Part shown: positions 26,501 through 38,975 of the stretch, piece by piece
Numbering within the stretch: position 1 is the stretch's first letter
Layout: each line of letters begins with the position of its first letter
DNA from: Fistulifera solaris
Taxonomy: Eukaryota
Direction of reading: 5' to 3'
DNA: 64,000 nt
Assembly: GCA_030295235.1 (NCBI GenBank)
Contig: AP026129.1
Location: forward strand, 1,302,001-1,366,000
Made by a program: the position numbers and the translations under genes
The notes under the pieces: model-generated
What the model was told of the DNA's origin: nothing
Databases searched by the model: none
Seen by the model: the letters and a program-made list of their open reading frames with translations, nothing else

Positions 26501-26847
26501 CAACAGAAAACAGAAAACTTGAAACAGTTTCAGCAATAATTAATTATATCACTACTACTACAAGGAACAAGTAACCCATACTTGTACTTAATACTTAGGA
26601 CTTTGCGGTCAATCCGAGGAAAAACGATATTCACCAGACTGTCGTGCTACTGTACTGTGCTGCTTTAATCCTTCTACTACGTATACCACAATTTAGTCTT
26701 GTGGGCAAAGTGTCCCGTTTTTGTTCGTACTTCCTATGTATATCTCCTCGCCTTGTTTCGCTTTTTCTTTTTTTCGTTTCATTTTTGTTTCCGACGCAAC
26801 CTTGCACATTGCCCAAGTTTGTTTCGTCATTATTTTTATATATCACC

Positions 26848-27726
26848 ATGGATAATGCCGGAAGTCTTTACACTCTCCTCGCGCGTAGCGGCATATTCTT
26901 GCAATGCCACGAGCGTTCTCCTCCTGTTTGTCCCGAGGAAGTTCGAATCTTCAACAACAAAGTTGATCTTCGGCTAGCGCTCGAGGAGTATATAGAGGGA
27001 CCATCTGGTTTGCCACCCAACTGCTGGGACGTATCGGAAGTGACAGACTTCAGCGACTTACTTCGAGAAATGCCGACTTTTAATGAACCCATTGGTAACT
27101 GGGATACGTCAGCCGTCACTAACATGGCCAATCTATTTGTGCGTTCTCCATCGTTCAACCAGAATATCGGCAATTGGGATACATCCGCTGTCACCAATAT
27201 GTATGGAATGTTTGCGGATGCTTCCTCATTCAACCAAAACATTGGTAACTGGGACACGGCTAAGGTCACCAACATGGGATTTATGTTCTTTGGTGCAAAT
27301 GCATTTAATCAAAACATTGGCAAGTGGAAAACGAAAGCTGTCACCAGCATGGAAGTTATGTTCAATGGGGCTGAAACATTCAACCATGACATTGGCGACT
27401 GGGATACAGCCGGAGTTGTCAACATGTACGGAATGTTCACTGGTGCTTCGGCATTTAATCAGAACATTGGTGAGTGGAACACATCAGCTGTCCTTTCCAT
27501 GTATCAAATGTTTTATGATGCTGTGGCATTCAACCAAGACATTGGTGGGTGGGACACAACATCCGTCCTTGACATGTATGAGATGTTTGGTAATGCTGAA
27601 AAATTTAGACAAAACTTGTGCGCTTGGAGGGGATCGCCCGCAGATAAAAGGGAAATGTTTGTCGGCAGTGCTTGTGATTTTCCTGGTACACCGACAAACA
27701 CTGAATTTTGCATACCCTGCACATAG
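26848..27726 (+). CDS. DUF285 / BspA-like (PARCEL) 25-aa repeat protein
   Basis: About 7 tandem repeats of [22 protein letters not shown], capped by [12 protein letters not shown] and FRQNLCAW; start codon uncertain. Confidence 0.9.
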   Translation: MDNAGSLYTLLARSGIFLQCHERSPPVCPEEVRIFNNKVDLRLALEEYIEGPSGLPPNCWDVSEVTDFSDLLREMPTFNEPIGNWDTSAVTNMANLFVRSPSFNQNIGNWDTSAVTNMYGMFADASSFNQNIGNWDTAKVTNMGFMFFGANAFNQNIGKWKTKAVTSMEVMFNGAETFNHDIGDWDTAGVVNMYGMFTGASAFNQNIGEWNTSAVLSMYQMFYDAVAFNQDIGGWDTTSVLDMYEMFGNAEKFRQNLCAWRGSPADKREMFVGSACDFPGTPTNTEFCIPCT

Positions 27727-28269
27727 CTATGGAAGGGGAGGCTGAGAGAATGAGAATGTGCAGTTACATTAAACTAGATATTTCGAATTCTGCCATAGTC
27801 TATACCCTAAATGAATCATGAGCCCTCTGTTCTTTGATGCTTGATGCGGGCTTAAATGTGGAGTTCCTTCGGATTTCAAGTCTGTACGGAGTATTTGTTC
27901 TGTGTAATTGGTAGTCTGTAGGCTCGAGTATCGATGAGTCACGAACTGCTGGACGTTCCGTATGGCCTACTTGTAAGTTGTAAGGAGTTTTTTCTTTTCG
28001 ACGACTACTCTTCACTGTCCACACGTCAAGGCATGGTGGATGGTGGATGGTGGGTGGTGGGGCGGGGGCGGGGGCACAAGTAAGTACCGGTACCAGTGCC
28101 ATTACCATCTACAATCCGTTGTCAAAAACACGACTGACTCCTGGTCAAAGATCTCACTTAGATGCGCGTCCCAAGGTTTACTTTTACATTTATTTTCACA
28201 GAAGCAAACTGAATTACGAGTATTCCAACTCCTTATCATACAAACTCGTAAGCATTGCAAATGTTCACC

Positions 28270-29674
28270 ATGAATTGTAAATCTGACGATGAACTAGATA
28301 ATGATTTGTCCATTGACCAGGTAAAAGCACAGCGACTTAGCGAGTTTGCTGAAGACACACAAGAACAAAGCGAAGATGATGAGGATGATTCGTCAGTCGC
28401 AATGGTAGATGAAATAATACTTAACGAATACAACCAAGAAAGCGGCAAGGAACGGTGGAAAGATTATCCGCTGAAAGATATTGAGAATCCGCATAAACAT
28501 GATGTTTTATATGGGCGTGGTGGTGAGTACAGCGTCTAGTGGAATATGGTTTGTTGGATGTTCAATTACTTGTGCTCAATTTTTTTGCCTTTCATTACAG
28601 GACATACGAATACCCACGAAGGTAATAAGCAGTTTAGGAAGATGGTTAAAGATTATCAACTGGATTACATTTTGTTGCAAAGGAGAAATGAAAAGACTCA
28701 ATTAGCCAGGGAGATTGTCTCTGCTTGGAGAAAGCAAGATCCTCCCGGACGTTTCTTGAAAATGGACGAGACGGGAAAGTGGTATGATGTGGGAAATGAA
28801 AATGCAAGAGAGAAAACAAGCCAGTTATTCCGCGAAGAGGCACCACTGATTCGGCAGCTGTTTGAGTATACCAGCTTCAAGTTCAAACAAGATGAATCCG
28901 TAAGTCGGTGTGCAAAAGAGTCTACGTGAATCATTGAAACAACAACCTGACAGACTGGTCACAATTTTATTCATTGTAAAGGGAGAACTCGAAGAGTTTG
29001 ATGAAGTACAGCTAACACCATTTAGTGAGGAAACAAACTCGCTTAATGGAGAATCCGAGGAGTCAGACGAAGTACAGCCAACTCCATGGAGTGAGGAAAC
29101 AATCACGCTTAATGGAGAATCCAAGGAGTCAGACAAAGTACAGCCAACTCCATGGAGTGAGGAAGCAAACTCGTCTAATGGAGAATCCAAGGAGTCAGAC
29201 GAAGTACAGCCAACTCCATGGAGTGAGGAAACAAACTCGTCTAATGATTTACTTGGTCTTGGTTTTGATGGAGAAGAGAGCATCCGTCGTAGTTCCCCAT
29301 TTTACTCAGCCTTCCTTGGCAATGATATTTTGGACTCGAATTCTTGCGGAGCTTCGAGCAGTTACTTGGAGAACGTTGACGACAGCCCACGAGAAACTAT
29401 ACTAGGACATGATTTGCTTGAGATTGGTATGTACTCCAAACTTGAAAATTATAAAAAAGCGTTGGAGTGGGAGGTTTCAAGTTTGAAGCGCAAAAAAGAC
29501 ACAGGTTTGGCAGTTTGTTCTATAAAACACAAATCAAAGAACAAATCATCTTTGACGGGGGTGTTGTTGGAGCGTATGGAACCAGCAATACAGAATACTA
29601 TGCTTGAAAAACCTATGGACAAGAAAATAAGGGAATTAAGTGCTGAACTTGAAAAGAAGGCAAGGCTACTTTGA
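28270..29674 (+). CDS. DUF6824-domain protein with acidic tandem repeats; introns 28523..28600 and 28900..28981
   Basis: HDVLYGRG|GHTNTHEGNKQFR...EIVSAWRKQDPPGRFLK...WYDVGNENAREKTSQLFRE is the diatom-expanded DUF6824 signature. Confidence 0.85.
29003..29246 (+). repeat. 66-bp (22-aa) coding tandem repeat, about 3.7 copies
   Basis: Units start at 29003, 29069, 29135 and 29201; consensus EVQPTPWSEETNSSNGESKESD. Confidence 0.95.
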
Positions 29675-29823
29675 TTTCAGAACATCCGACAAAGGTGTGT
29701 ATTTTCACTTCTGCTCCGGACGAGTTTAGGTGTCTGACCTTCTGATCAGTTGAGTCCTTAGGTACGAGTAATGATTAGGTAGAACAAAAAGTTATCCAGT
29801 TGATCTTCTTATCTTAGTTCCTA

Positions 29824-29906
29824 ATGTTCACGGATGCTTCGGTATTTGGAATCAAAATATCGGTCAGTGGAACAGCTGTGGTATTCAACCAAGATATTAG
29901 CGGTTG
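29824..29906 (+). pseudogene. Degenerate DUF285 repeat fragment
   Basis: atgttcacggatgcttcggtattt..aatcaaaatatcggtcagtggaac..gctgtggtattcaaccaagatattagcgg resembles 27433..27552 with indels and an internal deletion. Confidence 0.7.
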
Positions 29907-30227
29907 CTGTATGATAGTCATGGTTTATTTTGTGTATCTTTTTAAAGTTGACATGATTGCGTCTCCTTGGGCGTGACTCAACGTGGCCGATGAAACAAGC
30001 AAGCGCGAAAGATCGAATAATGAAAAGAAGAAACGCCCGAGAAAATCATCTATACTCAGAATACTAGACAAACCTTGTGACGTTTTCGTGGCGTATTGGA
30101 CTGATTCCAAAAAAACATCCTTCAATGTATCCGTCTATAAGAAATATTATGCAATGCCCTTGTCTCCATTAGAGACTTGGGCTATCTACGTTTGTTTGAA
30201 AAAGTGGCTCTCCGGCGGAACCACAAC

Positions 30228-32107
30228 TCACCCATCATCGGATTTACACAGAAAACCGAAAAAATCTTCAATCAAGGGCTGAATATCCTGAACCAAGGCA
30301 CGACGAACAGCCATTGTATTGGTAGCAAAGTGCGGAAAAATAAAACAATTTGACACAGACCACAAGGGATGCTCTGGGGGAAGGGGTTCCGGAGCGGTCG
30401 TATCCAAAATCGCGTATCGGAATTGTTTCGCCTGCAAAGCCTGTGTCAAAGCTTCGGTATCGACAACTCCACCACGAGACAGATTCAATAGTCCGGCGTG
30501 GGAAGGCAACTGGGAAAGAACATCATCATTGATCAGATTGCGTGTTTGCTCTGTCAGAGGACAAAGAGGTACCAAAATGTCACACTCAGACGCCATCTCC
30601 TTAAGATCGCCATAATATTGCAAATGATATTCGGCTTCGGTGGCCGCATTCCTAGATTTTTCTTGAACATGGTACAGAATCTCGGTGTTCGGAGCCAGAC
30701 AACGAATTTGGCGTACCAATTCCTTCGCAATCGTTCCCATGCCAATGAGTGCGATTCGCGATTCCTCCAGAGGCTTGCCCGGGATATTCCACGTCAAATT
30801 CCATCCTTGGGACGGAAAGGGAACACCCTGTTGCAATAGTGCATCCCGCAGTCCCAACAGAATGAATGCCAGTGCATATTGCGCCACATGCGACGTAATC
30901 GAGTGTCGACCGGCTTGTTGCACCATAATCTTGCGTTCGTGACAAGCCTTCAAGTCGATGTGATCCAACCCTGCACTCATGGTAATCAGCAACGACACGG
31001 AGGAGGGCAATGCTTCTATTTTCGAGCGTGGCATGGGCGTCAAAATGTCGACAGCGACAACGGAAGGCTGTGTCGAGTCGTCTTTTTCACAACAATCATT
31101 TCAGACGTATTCACTAAAGGAAGTGGAGGTTGACAAAGCAGTTGAAGCGCCACAGGCTTTCGAGCATAGAACACGCACCACTGAATGAGTCCACGATCAA
31201 TTTGTTCAATGCGTCTTTGAATCTGTTGACAGTATTGCTCCAACAAATCACAATCGTGCTTGTGAGTCTCCAAACTCGCCAGCACTTTTTGTAGCATGAG
31301 CTGAAAACTAATGCGCATATCTTTCGTGACATTGAGGCAATGTACATCCTTCCAACCAGCCTGTCGCATAGCTTGCATCGCCTGTTCCGGTCGCAACAAA
31401 TCCGGAATCGCATTGTCTTGCGCAAACTGCTCGACTTGGTCATCCGTCGTCGTCGGTCCCGCCATGACATCGCAAAAGACAAATGCACCACCTTGTCGCA
31501 CCAATCGAAAGGCTTCTCGAAACGCCTGTATTTTACTTTGTGCATGAATGAATGCATCTTGCGAAAAGGCCAAATCAAAAGCATGGTCGGGAAAGGGTAC
31601 TTGTTCAAAATCTCCTTCCACAATTTGAATCTGGTTGTGCAAATTCGATTTTGTGACGTTGTGTTGCGCTATACGATTTTGTTGGGGACAGACATTCAAA
31701 CAGACGACTTTGCCCTTTTGGTTCGTCGTCGAAGACGCAATACGGATGGCACTGGCACCGGTTCCGCTTCCTAAATCAATGCATTGATAGTTCGGCGCAG
31801 TGCGACGATGCGCGGGAATCAATGTCATGGCCAAGTCGTAGTACATGTAATCGGTCATTTGATGTGCTGCTTGTGAATAGGCATCCTTTTCTTGCAAAGA
31901 TACATGATCCCATTTCCCAAAATGAATGTTGTTTTCGTCATCGTGCAATATCCGCGAATACAATTTGAGTTTCAGATCTTGCGGGGGTGACCGGGAAAGT
32001 GATTTCTGAGAGGTAGCCGTCGTATCTTCTTCCTCATTCTGAGACGATTTCCAGTAGAAATGACTGAAATGAAAGTGATCCGAAGCAAAGACAATCGAGC
32101 GTGTCAT
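30228..32107 (-). CDS. SAM methyltransferase (sarcosine/dimethylglycine- or MTHB-methyltransferase-like) fused to a D-isomer-specific 2-hydroxyacid dehydrogenase; one indel near 31080-31100
   Basis: MT motifs NIHFGKW, DLGSGTG, FSQDAFIH, FVFCDVM. DH motifs TMSAGLDHID, IGMGTIA, PLTEQTRNLI, NLSRGGVVD, ILDTTAPEPL, FPHFA. Frame-shifted junction reads EKDDSTQPSVVAVDILTPMPRSKIEALP. Confidence 0.8.
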
Positions 32108-32749
32108 GCTTTCTTCCAAAGTGCACGCACGAGGAGCTTTAAGTATATTAGACAAGAAGGGGAACTGTGCAGTCAATAATGAAGAAAGGAATAAGAAAAG
32201 AAACGAACAATGACGAATGAATGAAGTCAAGGCAAAATCTTCCAAAACGAAGAACGCGAAGCATAAAGTTGATTCCTTTCGTGACAATGGGAAATCAGAA
32301 TATTTTGGGATTGTTCTGCGAAATGAAAAACGACGAATGGGATGGGTCGTGATTCGTGATTCAGCCATTTGCCATTCACAGTACAGCAAGTTGCGGGAAA
32401 AAGTGTACACTCACGTAAGCCCTTGTAGAGAAATGTACCAAGCAGAGGTGCGTTCCCGTGTCTCCCATACCAAGGACGTTGAAATTATGCCCTCCAGTAC
32501 AAGATTCTACGTAGCGTCCACGGTCGACGACTTTCTAGAATTTTGACATGGTTTCCGCCTTCGGGCGTCTCTACCACCTACCGGTACCAGGTAGAGTCCC
32601 TGCGGGCGGGGAGCTTTGTTCCGTCCTGTTAAAGGAGTTTAGGAAGCGATGGAAGGGATGCCCGGTCCCCGTGTGAAAGTGTCATACCCGTGACCCAGAC
32701 ACCCGGGACAGACTTTACACACACGGACGAGATTTTCGATTGTCGATAC

Positions 32750-32786
32750 TGGTACCGGTACCGGTACCGGTACCTGGTACCGGTAC
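32750..32786. repeat. (GGTACC)n self-complementary tandem tract in a divergent intergenic region
   Basis: tggtaccggtaccggtaccggtacctggtaccggtac read directly. Confidence 0.8.
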
Positions 32787-33101
32787 TCGATACGATTTAT
32801 GTCTTGTGCAAGAGCGTCTTGTGTCGTTGTCTTTCTGTAACCATACTACTGTACCGTTTATTTTCCTCTTTCCTTTTTCCTTTGTTTTGTCAAAGTCCTT
32901 GGAAGGCGAAGGAATCTTGACAGCTAGTGTCAAGAGAAACACAATTTATGAATTATCCTTTCTTATTGATCATTATAATAAGCTTGCAAACAGAGGGAAT
33001 TGATAAAGAGAACCATTTCATTCCATTTTGAAAAAGGCAACAGAAGCTATCGAGCCGTTCGAGATCCTTTGACGAATAAAGAGAAGAATTCTTTCGACAC
33101 G

Positions 33102-36100
33102 ATGACAGTTTGGTTGAAAATCACTGCCTTTTCTTTCACACGACGAGGATTGACGCACCGCAATCGCACTACCTGGTTTCGAACCTTCGCTTCGAATGGT
33201 CGTAACTCAAATCCGAACGATGCGTACCGCATTCCGGGCATGTCGCATCAGTATGGAAGTTTGGGCGAGACGCCTACTTCCCTTCACAAATCACAAGAAT
33301 CAACGGCGTGGCAAGCATCTCACAATATCGAAGTGCAGCGTGTGACCCAAAAAGCCATGATTTATGAACTCATCCATGAACAGACAAGAACGATTGAATC
33401 CGTTGTACCTTGGTTTCTCGAAAATATGCCGGCGGTGTAAGTAATGTTGAAGAGGAAATGATAAATACAGCGAGCGAGTGACCCATTGGGGAACAATCCT
33501 GCGAAAAGCACTCTACCTTCGAGCAATGTCTATACTCTGTAATTTGTTTCTCATCGACGCCTTTTATTCACTTTGCAGTTACTTCCAACAAGTACCCGAA
33601 CGCTACCGCATGGATCACATGAAAGCTATTGCGGCCGTCAAGGATGCGAACATGGATTTGTATCTCAATTTAAAGTCGCACACACTTGATGGTCGCACCG
33701 TCTTGACGTTTATTCGTCCCGGAACAGCCCCCGGTACATTGTTGCACATGGTGCAAGAATTGCCTTATAAGTATAGTCTCGAAATGCCACTCAGTAGATT
33801 GCATGTCTTTTCGACCGTCGATGAAACCATGAGTCTGAATATGTTTGTGTACGGGCATCGTCCCGTGCACGATGAAGATGTTGATATGGATCTCATGGCA
33901 TTGGCGGAACCGATATTGGAGTATGCGGCGAATGTGCAACAGGGGATTGTTGTGGATGAAGAATTGCCGCTGTCGCCTTTGTTGGAGAGAGAATCGCTTG
34001 TCGAATACATGAAAATGTGCCGACCGACCTATGTGCAGATTGGTCTCATGAATCCGGCACGGTTTTGTATGCAGCGTTTGTTGTTTGCGGAAGTTTCGGG
34101 AACCGAAGGAGTTGCAGTGCACATTGGTTTGGCGACAGACCAGACGCCCGAAATGCATTTACCGACGAGTGGACCTTTGTATTGGGTGGAAATGGCTGTA
34201 GCGAACAGTATTCCGCAAGTAGCGTTGGAAAATTTGTGTCAGTTGTTGTACCATCACAAATTTGATGTTCAACGTGCGCGTTTGGATATTGTGCCCGATG
34301 GTGAAAACGGTAGTGTGACGATATTGCGGACGTTGATCAGTCCCACCTCGTTGTTGTCGGCCGACTCCACGACCGACTGGCAAACACTGGCGCAAGAACT
34401 CAAGCGGGCAAAATGGTTGGATCCGGATACCGTCGATTTAGTTTTTGGGAAAGAGCCTTGGTTGGGGATTGCGCGCGGAGAAGTCATTACTGCCATGTCT
34501 TCGTTGATGCATCCGGTATTGACCAAAATCAATAGCATGGCGTACTCGAAGGCAAATATAGCCGAAGTTGTGCATCAGCACATTGGTCATGCTGCGTTGA
34601 TTGCGGATCTGTTCTTGGATCGTTTTCATCCCGACCATCCCTTGACTGACGAGTCGTATCACAGCAGACGTGACGACTTGACGGAATTGATTGCTAAGGA
34701 AGTTGAGGATCAGGTGGCTACATCTATTCTGAATAAAATGCTAGAAATTGTGGATTTTACGTTGAAAACGAATGCGTACATGCCGAATCGGTACGCTTTG
34801 GGCCTGCGACTCAATCCGTCCGTCATGCACGAGCCAGGGAATACCGCCGAATTGCCGTTCGGAGTATTGTTTGTTCATGGTCGTCGGTTCAACGGCTTTC
34901 ATGTACGATTCCGTGATATCAGTCGAGGAGGTCTGCGATTGGTGACGCCCGCCAACACGGAGTTGTATGCTTTGGAGTCAGCTCGACAATATGACGAGTG
35001 CTACGGACTGGCATTTGCGCAACAACTCAAAAACAAAGATATGTAAGTATGAAATTGTAGTTACAGGCTTGCGCTCTGGTTTATGCCGTAAGTCTAACGT
35101 CTTTATCCGCTTTAGCCCCGAGGGAGGCTCCAAAGCCGTGGCTCTGATCAATACCACAGGACTGAACGACTCGGGCAAGTACTTTGTGATGCGCAAATCG
35201 GTAAAAGCATTTACAGATACCATATTGGATCTTATTGTAGAAACGGAAGAAACAAAACAGTTCGTTGTGGATCGCCTAGGTCGACCGGAAGTTCTTTATT
35301 TGGGTCCGGACGAACAGATCATACCAGGGGACATTGAATGGATTGTGAGGAGAGCAGCGGAGCGTGGGTACAATACACCAGCCGCCTTCATGAGTAGTAA
35401 ACCTAGGGCGGGGATCAATCACAAACAATTCGGTGTAACAAGTGAAGGAGTGAATGTTTATTTAGATACAGCTCTTCGCCGTGTGGTGAACATAGATCCA
35501 AAGAAGGACTCTTTTACCATTAAAATGACTGGGGGTCCAGATGGAGATGTCGCGGGCAATGAGATTAAAATTTTGGTTCGCGAGTATGGTGAAAATGTTA
35601 AGATTGTTGGAATTGCGGACCATTCCGGTTGTGCAGAAGATCCTGATGGTTTGAACCATGACGAGTTGTTGCGACTGGTCAGTTCGGCACTGTGCATTTC
35701 CTATTTTGATACAACAAAGCTTGGCCCGTCGGGCAAGCTGCACACCACTGACACCCCTGAAGGTACCAAAGCCCGCAATACGATGCACAATCGGTTGGAA
35801 GCCGATGCATTTTTGCCGTGTGGAGGACGTCCGAATACAATTGACTGTTCCAATTACAAGAACTTTATAAAAGCGGATGGCCGTCCTTCAGCACCGCTCA
35901 TTGTTGAAGGTGCCAATCTGTTTATCACAAAAGATGCCCGCAAATCGTTGTTTCAAGATGCTGGTGTTGTCATTGTCAAAGATTCATCGGCCAACAAGGG
36001 GGGCGTGATTACATCGTCATACGAGATCTGCGCCGCCATGCTGTTGTCAGAAGAAGAATTTGTCGCCAACAAAACACAGATCGTACAGGAAGTGTTGGAG

Positions 36101-36597
36101 AAATTACGAATGCTGGCCAAATTGGAAGCGGAGCTCTTGTTTCGTGAATATGAAGCTCATGGAGGTTCGCTTCCCGAAATATCTCAAGTCATTAGTAACT
36201 GCATTAATGCAGCCACTGATGCGCTGGCGTTGGCGTTGGATTCTTTATCGGAAGCCGATCAAGAAGCTCTATTGCCCCTTTTCAAATGCATTTGCCCAAG
36301 ACGATTGCTGATTTAGCGTTTGATCGAGTTCACGAACGAGTCCCGAAGCAGTACATCAAGAATGCGATTAGTTCTGCTTTAGCTGCGAAAATGGTGTACA
36401 AGGAAGGGACGACCTTTATTATGTCACTTCCTAAAGAAAAGTTGGCCACAATTTTGTTCCATTATTTGGAGAAAGAAAAGGAAGTTGCCGTTTTGCTGCA
36501 ATCTCTGGAGAATGTGGAAATGTCGGAGGATAAAAAGCAGGCCGTGATTCAACTGTTGGAAAAGGGAGGCGCTCGCACGGCTTTGGGAGTTTATTAA
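33102..36597 (+). CDS. GDH: Large NAD-specific glutamate dehydrogenase (GDH2/GdhB type), probable mitochondrial presequence; introns 33437..33578 and 35043..35115
   Basis: GFHVRFRDISRGGLR, QQLKNKDI|PEGGSK, YLGPDE, GINHKQFGVTSEG, TGGPDGDVAGN, PCGGRP, VEGANLF, KDSSANKGGVITSSYE; N-terminus MTVWLKITAFSFTRRGL. Confidence 0.95.
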
Positions 36598-37079
36598 AGT
36601 GTTGCCAGTACAATTGTCGTTAAGGAAGAACGGCAAGGGAAACTAGTAATTATGTTATCACATGGATTTTGTCAAAAAGTTGTCTTGTGTGATTCAATTA
36701 CGGATGTGGATGCAATTAATAAACATTTTTTCTCTTGTAAAACAAAGCAAAATTGAAATGTGTTATGTCAACAAGGACGATGGGTACAATTTGCTTCGGT
36801 GGTATGTGGCATATCTGGATTCCGGATGATTCGTGATCTACTAGTTTTCCAGCGAGTAGTCAGTATTTCACTTTTCAGCGGTTTTACTTCAAGCCTCCTC
36901 GCTCGATGGCTGCGACCGAGGCTTTGCCCTTGTAGAAACTGTCGAAGGTGGTGCCGTTTGTGTTTCGTTAGACATCTACGGTTCTGGGTTCACTTCGTCC
37001 CGCAATTGCGTGAGACACCCACGTTAAGTTCCTGACACGGTAGCTTTATGATTCGGTTAGTTTGCCTGCTTAAGGATTG

Positions 37080-37400
37080 GAGATTGCATTCCCACTTTTT
37101 GTGGAAAGCAAGTCCCTTCTGGTTAGAAAGTCATCGTCGAAGAATGTCATTACCACATTCGATCCTTGTTGCGCGAGGGCAGACACAACGCTTTTCCAAT
37201 TCCACCACCACCATCCGTCACTAAAGCCAATCGGCGGCATGCTTCTTTTTTCAATTTAGGAAGTGGTTTATAGGCCATGTAGATTTGCGGAATCTGATAC
37301 GCGAGAAACCAAAAGACGGCCGGAAACGCCAAGAGTAGGGCGAGTGCGGTGGATATTGGTGACGCGAAGGCTGTGACTGCTTCGCACGCCGTCTCTGTTG
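37080..37400 (-). pseudogene. Degenerate short-chain dehydrogenase (3-ketoacyl-CoA reductase-like) fragment
   Basis: TM segment followed by LALVTDGGGGIGKAL and, in another frame, AQQGSNVVMTFFDDDFL; no recognisable downstream catalytic region. Confidence 0.55.
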
Positions 37401-37564
37401 CTGAAATTCGTCTTATCTGCCTTAGCTAAAAAGGAAAAGCAATTGAAAACGGGTGAAAGGATAAGTCAATGGACGACAATGCACTCAATACCAGTTTTTT
37501 CAATGCAGGGATGATGATCTTTTGTGCGTGTCATCTTTTACAAGAATCCCCCAATCCAGCTGCT

Positions 37565-38197
37565 TTACTTCCACCGTCCCACACGTTGCCACCAATCCAG
37601 CTGGTCTCCAAATTGCTGTATCTTCTTCTCTTTGCGTGTATTTTCTGACTTTGGTGATTTTTCTTTATCATCATAGTCTATTGGCAGCGCTTCGGCAATC
37701 GGATAATGTTCCATGACGTGTTGGTGATTGTTGACAATGAATCCAGCCGCTTGACGATGGACCATGAGTTCCCACCGAGCCTGAATCGCCTGTTTGCGAT
37801 GTTCATTGTAGGCTAAAGCTGCTTTAGATAGTTCATTTCGAATGTGTTGTATGTCATCCCCAGCCACTGCTTGTTGCAATAGAGTCTCGTAACGTTGATA
37901 CTCTTGATGCATTAATTGCACATAGAGAAGGATTTTTTGACCTTGTTTTCCCAAAGCTTTTCCGATAGATCCTTGTAATTCTTCTTCAATTGTCTTTAAA
38001 TGTAAAGAAGGATCGTGAGTATCACGAATGAGTTCAAGATACGAATTGTTCTTTTCGGTTTCGGTGTTTTTGACACGGACGGCCGCTCGTTGCCATGTCG
38101 TTTGCGTTGCAGAAGGTCCGTTTGCGGAATAGCTGAGCGCGCGAAGGGCGCCGCGGCGCTGTCGGCTTGAATTTATCTTGAGGAAACGAAAAGCCAT
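37565..38197 (-). CDS. Helical hypothetical protein (210 aa), possible mitochondrial presequence
   Basis: Intact ORF; Arg-rich N-terminus; QARWELMVHRQAAGF motif loosely recalls bacterial DUF6665 (unverified). Confidence 0.7.
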   Translation of the reverse strand: MAFRFLKINSSRQRRGALRALSYSANGPSATQTTWQRAAVRVKNTETEKNNSYLELIRDTHDPSLHLKTIEEELQGSIGKALGKQGQKILLYVQLMHQEYQRYETLLQQAVAGDDIQHIRNELSKAALAYNEHRKQAIQARWELMVHRQAAGFIVNNHQHVMEHYPIAEALPIDYDDKEKSPKSENTRKEKKIQQFGDQLDWWQRVGRWK

Positions 38198-38975
38198 GTT
38201 TGATTAGGTACAAGTAATATGGCTGCACATGGAATTGCACAAAAAACTTGGAGAAGAGAGTTGTTGTCGAGAAAAGCAGGATGACGACTGTACAAATTAT
38301 ACTGGTATTCCAATACGGTTAAAGATTAATGAGTGAGAACCGGAGAAAGGAAGTGATACGCCCTTCATCAATTCTCCGTCGTTCGATCGCATTGACTATA
38401 AGACTTTGAATTCCAAGGCAGTCTGTACTCAGTACTACTGACGATGATTGTTGTGAAATTTCTTCAAAAAAACTTGGGAAAGGACGATTATTAAAGAATC
38501 AACGATTACCGATCTAAGCCCTGTTTCCAACGATTAGCTGGTGGACTGCCAACGGAAAGTTCAATCGTTCAATGGGCTTAACTAAATATATATCTTCCTC
38601 AGTTTAGGAAGTATCAATCTTATAGTGCGAACAAACGAATCGACTTTCAATTATGACTCGATATTTTTAGCCACTGAAAAAACGGAGAAATAAAGAGTGC
38701 GGTTGGGGACTATTGTAGAAATAGTACAGAGTTAGAAAGAAACAAGTCGACGAAGAAGACGAAGCCGAAAGTCATCGAAATAATTTAGGTCTTTCCTTGC
38801 GAAGACACTCGTACACCGTACACCACCATTTTTGGACGCAAAAGTCTTCACAAATACATCGCCCAATTTTCCGCAGTGCGCCACCAATTTTCCTTTAAAA
38901 ACCTCTAGCTTCTTGAGCCAGAACGATAGATGCTCCCTCATTTGTTCTCGTAGGAGTGATATCATCCAGTTTGCC

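Noticed and set aside
26300..26536. Poly-His ORF as a metal-binding peptide
   Set aside because: It is the translation of an intergenic (GAT)13 microsatellite, with no other coding signal
27060..27620. Regularly spaced repeats resembling a CRISPR array
   Set aside because: 75-bp period, in frame, with synonymous variation: these are DUF285 protein repeats, with no unique spacers or cas genes
29003..29246. 66-bp periodic repeat resembling CRISPR
   Set aside because: The whole unit is repeated with no variable spacer and it lies in a coding exon
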